Source: Ignavibacteria bacterium RIFOXYC2_FULL_35_21 (GTDB lineage Bacteria > Bacteroidota > Ignavibacteria > Kapaibacteriales > UBA2268). From it: a DNA stretch of 64,000 bases. Made by a program: the position numbers and the translations under genes. The notes under the pieces are model-generated. The model worked only from the letters and a program-made list of their open reading frames with translations. It did not search any database and was not told the origin of the DNA. The first letter of the stretch is position 1; every line of letters begins with the position of its first letter. Positions 10,605-19,600 of this stretch are shown in pieces. The DNA lies in the NCBI GenBank assembly GCA_001804705.1, contig MHAY01000010.1:1066-65065 (forward strand), written 5' to 3'.

Positions 10605-10808
10605 ATGACAATAGATACGGCACTTGATACAGTCGAACAGCTCGATACCGAAGAGCAAAAACAACTATTGAATATTGTTGAGAAACGGCTAATCGAAAAA
10701 GAGAGACAGGAAATATATGATGAATATATTTCCACACTTGAATCTGCTAAAAGAAAAGAGCAGAAGCCTGAAACCGTTGATGAATTCCTGAAAAGAATGG
10801 ATGAGTAA
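10605..10808 (+). CDS. Small antitoxin-like protein (orphan)
   Basis: Strong AGGAG RBS; 67-aa helical acidic protein ending TVDEFLKRMDE. Followed at once by an ATG (MKVIPS...) that runs into the convergent gene. Confidence 0.6.
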   Translation: MTIDTALDTVEQLDTEEQKQLLNIVEKRLIEKERQEIYDEYISTLESAKRKEQKPETVDEFLKRMDE

Positions 10809-10853
10809 ATGAAAGTCATTCCTTCTAAAAATAAAATCTGTATTCTAAAAATC

Positions 10854-11852
10854 TCACTTCCTCCTCTTATTCAAATTATCAATTAACCAATGCAGCATTT
10901 GAATATATTGGTTTGCTTTAAGAATTGCTATTGAATTCTTTGCTTTTTCAAAATATGTATCTGCAAAAGATATTGCATCATCAAACACATTCAATCTTGT
11001 GAATAAATCAATCATCTTAGGTAGTTCGCTTTCGTCTTTTAAACCGTTATTATTTAAAAAATCATTCAGCAATTTTTTATCATTTTCATTTTTTGCTTTT
11101 TCTAATGCTTTAATTATCAGAAATGTCTTTTTCCCTTCGAATAAGTCTTGTCCTATCTTTTTACCAAGTTCGGCTTGTTCGGCTGTTAGGTCGAGCAGGT
11201 CGTCCTGCACCTGGAATGCAATACCGAGACAATTAGCATAAGTTTGTAATGAATTTAAATCGTTTTCACTGCCCTTCCCGATATTCCCACCAATCAAAGC
11301 CGCAGTTTCAAGAAGTTTTGCAGTTTTTTTGTCTATCATGTTGAGATAATCATCAAGACTCACATCTTTTTTTTCATTGAAGTCCATGTCATAAGCCTGT
11401 CCTTCGCATACTTCAATCAAACCTCTCGTGAATGCTTTGTAGATTTCATCTGAACGAGGATGTTGGCTTGTTGTTGGCAAAAGACTATATGCAAAACCGA
11501 CCATGACATCGCCTGTTAATATTGCAGTTGCTTCATTCCACTTCTCATGAACTGTCTGGCGGTTTCTTCTCAGAGGAGACCTGTCCATTATGTCATCATG
11601 CACGAGAGTAAAGTTATGCAAAAGTTCAATAGCCACACCGCAATCGAGAGCATCATCAGGATTCCCGCCAACTGCACCTGCACAAATCATAGTTAGCACA
11701 GGCCTGATACGTTTTCCTCCTCCGTTAATAAGATAATGAAAAGGAGAATACAAAGATTCAGGCTTTTTATATTTAACTATTTGCTCAAGTTGAGCTTCGA
11801 CCTTTCTGAGATAATCATCGTATAACGCTTTATAATCTTCACCTGCATTCAT
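10854..11852 (-). CDS. Polyprenyl diphosphate synthase (IspA/IspB family)
   Basis: GGKRIRP, HDDIMD (FARM), DDLLD (SARM) and KTA motifs. Confidence 0.93.
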   Translation of the reverse strand: MNAGEDYKALYDDYLRKVEAQLEQIVKYKKPESLYSPFHYLINGGGKRIRPVLTMICAGAVGGNPDDALDCGVAIELLHNFTLVHDDIMDRSPLRRNRQTVHEKWNEATAILTGDVMVGFAYSLLPTTSQHPRSDEIYKAFTRGLIEVCEGQAYDMDFNEKKDVSLDDYLNMIDKKTAKLLETAALIGGNIGKGSENDLNSLQTYANCLGIAFQVQDDLLDLTAEQAELGKKIGQDLFEGKKTFLIIKALEKAKNENDKKLLNDFLNNNGLKDESELPKMIDLFTRLNVFDDAISFADTYFEKAKNSIAILKANQYIQMLHWLIDNLNKRRK

Positions 11853-11870
11853 AATTCACCATCTGATTAA

Positions 11871-12989
11871 CTAATTTTTTCTGATATAATAATTACCCGG
11901 TAATTTCCTTATTATTTCTTTAAATTCCATTTCAAGCATAGCTACAAGAATTTCATTTATTTCATAATCTGTGCTTGAGGCAATTTCATCAATATGCAAA
12001 GGCTCATTGCTTAATAAATCATAAATCGCTTTTTCAATCACATTGAGTTTAAGCGAGGGTTTATTACCTTCGATAAGCATCGAATCCGGCTTTGCTAATC
12101 CTAGGTCAATAAGAACCTGCTCGGGGCTTAGTGCAGGAGCGGCAGCATTATTTTTGATTAACAGGTTTGTCCCCTTACTTTTTTCAGAATCTATTCTTCC
12201 GGGTACAGCAAATACTTCCCTTTGCTGGTCGAGAGCAAACTTAGCTGTAATCAAAGCACCGCTTTTAATCCCACATTCGACGATGATAGTTGCCAAAGAA
12301 ATACCGCTTATAATCCTGTTTCTCTGTGGAAAGTAGCCAATTTGTGTCATAGTTCCGAATTTGTATTCCGAAACGATCGCTCCACCTGTATCTACAATTT
12401 TTTGCGAATTTCTTACTGACTCTTGGGGGTTAATTTTATCAATGCCAGCCGCAACAATTGTATAACTTATCCCATCTACCTTGATAGCAGAAAGGTGTGA
12501 AATTGTATCAATTCCTGAAGCGAGTCCGCTCGTTACAATTATACCCTGCCTTGCAAAATATTCCGCAAATTTCTCAGCACATAGCCTGCCATACATAGTA
12601 CAATGCCTTGTCCCAACCATAGATATAGATACTGTACTCTTTAACTGTAATTTGCCTTTAACATACAAAATAATAGGTGGCAGAACTATGTCTCTTAAAA
12701 GCTCCGGATAATTCTCATCCCATAGTGTAACAATACTACAACTATTTTCTACGGCATAATCTATTTGTCTTTTCGCTTCTTCCCTTGCCGAAGCCCATAC
12801 AGAAGATTTGATGTCATTGAATATCTCGTATTGGTTAATTTTATCAGCAAAAATCTTATCACCGGATTCAGATAGTTCCTGCAAATCACTGAAATTTTCG
12901 ACAGCCTTTCTAAGCAATGATGAATTGACACCTTTTATATAAGAAAAGGTCAGAATATCTTCGAGATTCCATTTCACGGGATAAGACAT
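11871..12989 (-). CDS. dprA: DNA-processing protein DprA
   Basis: VGTR, SGLASGID, FPQRNRIISG, SGALITA and VFAVPG motifs; C-terminal winged helix. Start set at ATG 12989. Confidence 0.92.
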   Translation of the reverse strand: MSYPVKWNLEDILTFSYIKGVNSSLLRKAVENFSDLQELSESGDKIFADKINQYEIFNDIKSSVWASAREEAKRQIDYAVENSCSIVTLWDENYPELLRDIVLPPIILYVKGKLQLKSTVSISMVGTRHCTMYGRLCAEKFAEYFARQGIIVTSGLASGIDTISHLSAIKVDGISYTIVAAGIDKINPQESVRNSQKIVDTGGAIVSEYKFGTMTQIGYFPQRNRIISGISLATIIVECGIKSGALITAKFALDQQREVFAVPGRIDSEKSKGTNLLIKNNAAAPALSPEQVLIDLGLAKPDSMLIEGNKPSLKLNVIEKAIYDLLSNEPLHIDEIASSTDYEINEILVAMLEMEFKEIIRKLPGNYYIRKN

Positions 12990-13039
12990 TTTGTAAATTT
13001 CATTTCTGAAAAAAATTAATTTACAAAAGAATATTGAAT

Positions 13040-13119
13040 TGTCATTCTGAACGAAGTGAAGAATCTCACATAACAATATCAACATTCAAATAAGATTCTT
13101 CGCTACGCTCAGAATGACA
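13040..13119. repeat. Palindromic REP-like element (same family as 9471-9551)
   Basis: TGTCATTCTGAACGAAGTGAAGAATCT ... AGATTCTTCGCTACGCTCAGAATGACA. Confidence 0.85.
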
Positions 13120-13913
13120 TTATAACCTTTTCTTCCGTTCAAATATTTTTGATAATATCACTGCACTGCTTGATGCTACATTTATGGAATTTACTTGAGC
13201 AGTAATCGGAATATGAACTGTAAAATCACTTATTCCTAAAATCTCATTATTAATACCTCTGCCTTCGCTTCCAAAGACAATTGCACACTTATCAGGTATT
13301 TCAACCTGCGAGATTGGGATTGAATTATCATTTATTTCCGCTGAAAAAATTTTAAAGTTTGAATCCTTTAATTTCTGCAGGTCATCTGATAAATTCTCAG
13401 AAAAATGTATTTTCATATTCAAAACTGCTCCCATCGAAACTCTAACAGCCCTTCTTAAGTATGGACTGCTTGTCTGTTTATCCGTAATTATTGACTCAAA
13501 TCCAAAAGCCGCACAATTTCGAATAATCGAACCGACATTCTCGGAATTTATAATTCCATTCATTACAACAACAGGTGATTCCAACTCTGATAAATTTACA
13601 TCTACAGGTTGTTTCCCTATAGCCATCACTCCTGAATGGAGCTTGAATCCGACAATTTTGTTCATCAGTGATAAATCGGCATAGTATTGTTTATTGTAAG
13701 GAATTGATTTTTTTTAATTAATTCTTTATAGTCTTGAAAAAAATTCATTAAGGCAAAAACAGAGTCAATTTCAATATCGGATTTTAGCAATTGAATTGTA
13801 ACTTTCTCACCTTCTGTTATAAAAAGTCTTTCTTTCAGGTGTGAAACAGGAGTAAATCGCAGACTTTTATAATTCGCAATTCTTGGGTCATTAATATCTG
13901 TGATTTCAACCAT
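13120..13913 (-). pseudogene. TrmH/SpoU family RNA methyltransferase split by a frameshift at an A8 tract
   Basis: N-part (13665-13913) is the substrate-binding domain. C-part has NVGSIIR, FGSEGRG and SINVA SPOUT motifs. One extra A at 13708-13715 fuses the frames. Confidence 0.8.
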
Positions 13914-13933
13914 CAGCTAATTCTTTTTAAATA

Positions 13934-14824
13934 TTATCTTTCCGGGTCACTCTCGGGTTCAGTATGTATGTGCACTTCACATTTTCTAAATTGGCTTTTT
14001 ATTTTTGATTCGACAGTGTGGGATATTTCATGAGCCTGCTCAATTGAAAGAGAAGAATCAACATGGATATTCAGTTCAACGAAAGTTACTGAACCTGCGG
14101 TTCTCAGCTTAATATTGTGATAATGAGTAACTTCAGGAATTTGTGATACTTGCTCGGCAATTCTTAATTTCATTTCCACAGATGAACGGTCAAGTAAAGC
14201 ATCAACAGACCTTTTTCCTATCCTGAAGGAAATCCATATTACAATCAATGCAACAATTAATGCAGCAATTGAGTCAGCAGTATGATAATCAAAGAATGAA
14301 GCACTAATCAATCCAATCAACACAACAATCGAACTTAGTATGTCAGTTGAAAAGTGAAGAGCATCAGCCTCCAATGCCTGGCTGTTATATTTCTTTGCTG
14401 TTTTCATCAATGCACGGGACCTTGAAATATCAATGATGATTGAAGCGATAATGACTGCAAAACTCCAAAATGTAACCTCGATTTGTGTCAATCCTGAAGA
14501 AAGCCTTTCATAAGCTTCATAAATTATCCAGATACAAGTTATTAGCAGAAGAAATGTTTCACCGAGTGCAGATAGATTTTCAACTTTACCATGTCCAAAC
14601 TGGTGTTCATCATCAGCAGGTTTATCTGCTATTTTAACTGCAAAAAATGTCATACCTGCAGCAACTAAATCAAGCCCTGAATGCAAAGCTTCCGATAAAA
14701 TACCGAGACTGCCCGTTAACAATCCTACGATAAGTTTCATACCGGTAAGTAAGACAGCCGCAAAGACAGAAGTCAACGCTACAAATCTTTTTTCCCTTGT
14801 TTCAGTATTACTCGAATAATGCAT
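13934..14824 (-). CDS. Cation diffusion facilitator (FieF-like) transporter
   Basis: HSGLD and HFSTD metal sites, PADDEHQFGHGK, C-terminal dimerisation domain ending IHTEP. Confidence 0.92.
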   Translation of the reverse strand: MHYSSNTETREKRFVALTSVFAAVLLTGMKLIVGLLTGSLGILSEALHSGLDLVAAGMTFFAVKIADKPADDEHQFGHGKVENLSALGETFLLLITCIWIIYEAYERLSSGLTQIEVTFWSFAVIIASIIIDISRSRALMKTAKKYNSQALEADALHFSTDILSSIVVLIGLISASFFDYHTADSIAALIVALIVIWISFRIGKRSVDALLDRSSVEMKLRIAEQVSQIPEVTHYHNIKLRTAGSVTFVELNIHVDSSLSIEQAHEISHTVESKIKSQFRKCEVHIHTEPESDPER

Positions 14825-14931
14825 TAAATAAAATCACAAATAAAACTCTTATGCAAAGCCGAGAAACAATTGATTTTCTATTTAACTTTGACTTTACAAA
14901 GACTGACAAATAATTATTATCAAATATAAAA

Positions 14932-16479
14932 TTATTTAACTTTTTCACTTACGGATTTACCTTGCATGAAAAGCAAGAGGTAATCGCGGCTTCCTGCTTT
15001 CGAATCTGTTCCACTCATATTGAATCCCCCAAAAGGATGTACATCAACAATAGCCCCGGTACATTTCCTGTTTATATACAAATTGCCGACATGAAACTCC
15101 TGTCTCGCTCTTTCGAGTTTCTGCCTGTTTTTTGAATAAACACTGCCGGTTAAACCGTAAATTGTGTTGTTAGCAATCTTCAAGCCATCATCAAAATTAT
15201 TTGATTTGATGACGGCAAGAACCGGCCCGAATATTTCTTCTTGTGCCAGTCTTGCATTTGGCTTTATATCAACAAAAACCGTTGGCTCGATAAAATAACC
15301 GGGTAGTCCGGCTACTTTGTTTCCGCCGATTAGTAATTTACCTTCTTTTTTCCCAATATCAATATACTCCAAAACTTTTTGTTCGGAACTTGCATTAACT
15401 ACTGGACCGCTGTATATATTCTCTTCAGGATTCCCGATTTTAAGTTTTGATACTGCTTCCTTAAGATTCTTCATAAAAAGAGTATATACTTTTTTATCAA
15501 CGACTACCCTTGAACAAGCCGAACATTTCTGCCCCTGGAATCCAAATGCAGAAGCTACTGTACCTTGAACGGCAGAATCAATGTCAGCTTCTGAATCCAC
15601 AACAATTGTGTCTTTGCCGCCCATTTCAGCAACAACCCTCTTAATCCAGATTTGCCCTTCCGAGGCTTTTGCGGCTACTTCGTTAATATGCAAACCTACT
15701 TCCATAGAACCTGTGAATGAAATAAACCGAATTTTTGGATGATGAACAAGGTAATCACCCGCTTCTGCACCGCTTGCAACAAAGAAGTTCAAAACACCTT
15801 TTGGGAGACCGGCTTCGTGCATAATTTCATAGTACAACCAAGCCATCATTGGAGCATCGGAGGATGGTTTTAGTATGATTGTATTTCCTGATACAATAGC
15901 CGCCGAACTAATCCCAGCCATTATTGCAAACGGGAAATTCCATGGTGGCACACAAAGACCAACACCGAGCGGAATATAAAAATATTGATTTTTTTCCCCG
16001 GGATATGGAGTCAAAGGCTGATTTTGAGCATATCTTAATGCTTCCCTCGCATAAAATTCCATAAAATCTATTGCTTCGCAAGTATCAGCATCCGCTTCTG
16101 CATAATTTTTACCAACTTCTTTAATCATCCATGCATTAATTTCTAAACGGCGTTGCTTTGCTATTTGTGCGGCTTTGAGAAGTATGTTTGCTCTATCTTT
16201 TGCCGGAGTGTATTTCCATGTTTCAAACGCTTTCAATGCAGTTTGCAATGCTGCTTCAGCCTGGTCTTGCCCCGATTTCTGGAAGATACCAACAATTTCT
16301 TTTGTATTAGCAGGATTGACAGATATGGTCTTCTTCTCAGATTTAACTTTCTTGCCTCCGATTATATTAGGATATTCCTTTCCTAATTGCTTATTCACTT
16401 TAGCAAGAGCTTCTTTCTGCTTATTTACATTTTCAACTTTTGTAAAATCCAAAGGTTTCTCATTCGCAAACGGTTTCAT
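14932..16479 (-). CDS. pruA: L-glutamate gamma-semialdehyde (P5C) dehydrogenase
   Basis: PWNFP, FTGS, EMGGKD, GQKCSACS and EEIFGP motifs. Start set at MKPFANE. Confidence 0.92.
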   Translation of the reverse strand: MKPFANEKPLDFTKVENVNKQKEALAKVNKQLGKEYPNIIGGKKVKSEKKTISVNPANTKEIVGIFQKSGQDQAEAALQTALKAFETWKYTPAKDRANILLKAAQIAKQRRLEINAWMIKEVGKNYAEADADTCEAIDFMEFYAREALRYAQNQPLTPYPGEKNQYFYIPLGVGLCVPPWNFPFAIMAGISSAAIVSGNTIILKPSSDAPMMAWLYYEIMHEAGLPKGVLNFFVASGAEAGDYLVHHPKIRFISFTGSMEVGLHINEVAAKASEGQIWIKRVVAEMGGKDTIVVDSEADIDSAVQGTVASAFGFQGQKCSACSRVVVDKKVYTLFMKNLKEAVSKLKIGNPEENIYSGPVVNASSEQKVLEYIDIGKKEGKLLIGGNKVAGLPGYFIEPTVFVDIKPNARLAQEEIFGPVLAVIKSNNFDDGLKIANNTIYGLTGSVYSKNRQKLERARQEFHVGNLYINRKCTGAIVDVHPFGGFNMSGTDSKAGSRDYLLLFMQGKSVSEKVK

Positions 16480-16580
16480 AACTTTTCCTTTAAATAATAT
16501 TATTTTCAATTCAGTAAAAATTTAAACAGCAAAATTATAAACCCTTTTCAGTTTTTACAATTAAATATGATTAATAAATA

Positions 16581-16615
16581 AAAAAATGCCGGATACCCGA
16601 AAGCACCCGGCATTT
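16581..16615 (-). terminator. Intrinsic terminator of the Cys-repeat gene
   Basis: AAATGCCGG...CCGGCATTT stem with an A-run on the left, which is the U-tract on the minus strand. Confidence 0.75.
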
Positions 16616-16636
16616 AATTAATACATTGTCAATCTA

Positions 16637-19600
16637 TTATTTGACAATATTCAGCAGTCCTGTCCTGGCAATATTACCACTCCTTAAGGTGTAGTAATAT
16701 GCACCGCTTGACAGTTTGTTTGTGTTGAATACAACAACATGATTGCCTGAAATAATTGAATTATTATCGAAGACACGTGCAACTACACGTCCTGTCAAAT
16801 CAGTTATCTCAAGTGACACATTAGTAAGGTCATGTTTAGCCATGAACTGGAATGTTACATTTCCTGCCGTTGGATTCGGATAGCAGTTAATTATAGCAAA
16901 ATCACTATTTTGATTGTCATCATCCAAATCAATAACTGACGTAACAAGCGGGAATGACCCTTCGGTCATTTTCTCACCATTGTTATTATAGGTAACGAAG
17001 TCAATATTAACAGTTCCTGTACCTCTTAAGCTAACGTAAATAGGCTTAACGGCTTCACCGGGTAGAATTGAAGAAACTTCAGCACTTGCAGGCACTTGTG
17101 GTAATAACTGATTATCAGCACCCTGTATGCTGTAAGCATTCAATATAACCTGTTGCGGGTCAACAGTCGGACCCACAGCTAAGATATCTGCGCCGGTTGG
17201 TGTTTTCAGTTCAATGCTCCTGATACCTTCTTCATAAGAATTGGCATTTGTAATTGAAAGTGCATAAGTATAAAGGTTTTGCAGGTTTGCAGTATTATCA
17301 AGTGCTAACTGGTCACCTCCGCCGCCGGTAACTCTCGAATATATATTTTCATAAGTTACAGTTATTGTATCAATTGGTGAGTCTACATACAATAACTTAA
17401 GAGTAATAGTATTATTGAATAAACCTTTCTCTACAGCATTGTCATAGAATAATGCAATATCCGTTGATGAACCTGCACCAATATTGACATCTATTTTAGC
17501 TGTTCTGTCCTCCTTTACGGCATCGTTCCCCGATGTATTGTCATGCATCGAATCAATTTCGACTGGGTATTGAGGTAAGAGCCAGACACCTGTAATTGTT
17601 ATTGCTTCTGCTCCGCCTGAAGTATTGGCTATATGCAATGTACCTGTCTGATAATCTGTCATTGTTATATAGATATCATTTTCAGCAGTTTGTCCTTGAA
17701 CGACATCTTTACCTCCGGTTTTACCCTTTTCTGCCGAACCATGAGTGAGATTATCCGAATAAAACTTCCTGTCAATTACATATTCGACAAGTTTGTCGCA
17801 TGTACAGCAGTTTGTGTCGGTAAATTCATACCTTACGATGAACTTGATTCTATCGCCTGTCCTGCTTGTTATTGGTGGAAATTCAATAAGCAATTCCATA
17901 TTGGCATTGTTGAGTACAACGCTTGACAACACATGTCGGTAATCACCCCAAATCACCTCGCGGCTGTAGAATGGTTCAGACCTGAATGTACCGAACACAC
18001 CCTCCAAACCATTCCATGGAGTAGTTCCGGGCCCGCCAAGAGGACAAGGTATAATCGAACCGGAAGGCACCCAATAAGGATGGAATGCCTTAGCACCAAG
18101 TATGTCGCTATATGTATGATAAGCAACAGTAGATGTCGGTGTCTGGATTTGAGCACTAACTATTGTTGCCGATGCCCTGATGATTGGACCGGGAGTAGCT
18201 GTTAGAAGATTCTGCAACCATATATATCTTCCCTGTCTGATTGGTAACTGCCTTATGTTCCTGAGTTTGATATCTATTGTGTCAAACTTGTCACAGCAAT
18301 CCTTGCAACTTATCAAATGTTTAAATTTGCAGACAACATTACCATTCTGGTCAACAAATGTTATTATTACCGGGAAGGTGGTAACGCCGTCCTTCAACTC
18401 AAAGCATAACTTAAATGGACCATGATTGCCCGCTGTGAGCATACCCGGAGGTATTGGTACGTTCCAGGTTACGCCATTAGTGGGAGGAACCGGATTTGGA
18501 CCTGCCCATCCTGACGGACCGACAGCACCGACAATAGTCGCTGATGGTGAATCAAAATGAACACTATAAATATTCGGGAAATCCGCCGTTGCAGTAAACA
18601 TAAACGACTGACAACATTCTCCTTTTATCGGGTCATTTGGTGTCGGGCTATAAGGAATCGAATTCATCTTCAAATCCTTACATGTTCCTTCGCCTTCGCC
18701 GCATTTCACATCTACAGTATCGACACATATAACTTTTCCATCCCTGTCAGTCATCGTAACCAACATCTGGAATGTTCCGACATTAGCAGGAAGGTCAAAG
18801 CATATCCTGAAGTACTCATGAATACCTGCCGGAATACCATGTACGCCGGAAGGTAATCCGGGAGTAAGATATCTGACTCCATTCGGAGGATTCGGTGTGG
18901 AAGAACCCCATCCCGGAGCCATCGCAGGTGTCGATGCGTATGTTATTTGTACACCCGGATTCACTGGCATAAAGTTAAGGTAGAAAACACCCGGAAAATC
19001 AGTATGAGCAATAAGCTTATATACATAACAGCAATCTCCTAAATTGTTTGCCGTTGTTGCAGGAGTATTGACCTGAAGCCTTTCGCCGACAACTTCAAAT
19101 TCACATCCCTTCTTTTCACAATCCATCAGAAGTGTATCTTTGCATATTACCTGGCCGTTTGCATCGGTAAACTGAACTTCAACCGGGAATGTAGTTACAC
19201 CCGCAGGCAAATTGAAGCATAACCTGAAATACTTATGTACTCCGTTTGGCAGATTAGCACCTGCTGTATCGGGAGTATGGAATTTTACTCCATTAGGAGG
19301 TACTATAACTGCTGTTCCCCAACCGGCTGGTGAATAAGCAGGTAATGCAGTAGCAATTGTTACACCAGGATTTAAAGGTATGAAATTAACAAAAGCAACA
19401 CCCGGAACTGCTGTCGGTACTATTAAAGCAACTGTGTAACAGCAATCACCTTTCAGATTCTTATTATCTGCAGGAACCCTTTCTGCTCTCCATTCGACAT
19501 TACATTTAACTGCTTCACATACAAGCGGAACAGTGTCAATACATACTTCCTTTCCATCCCGATTCAGGTAAGCTATTTCCATGGGAAGTGTAGTAACACC

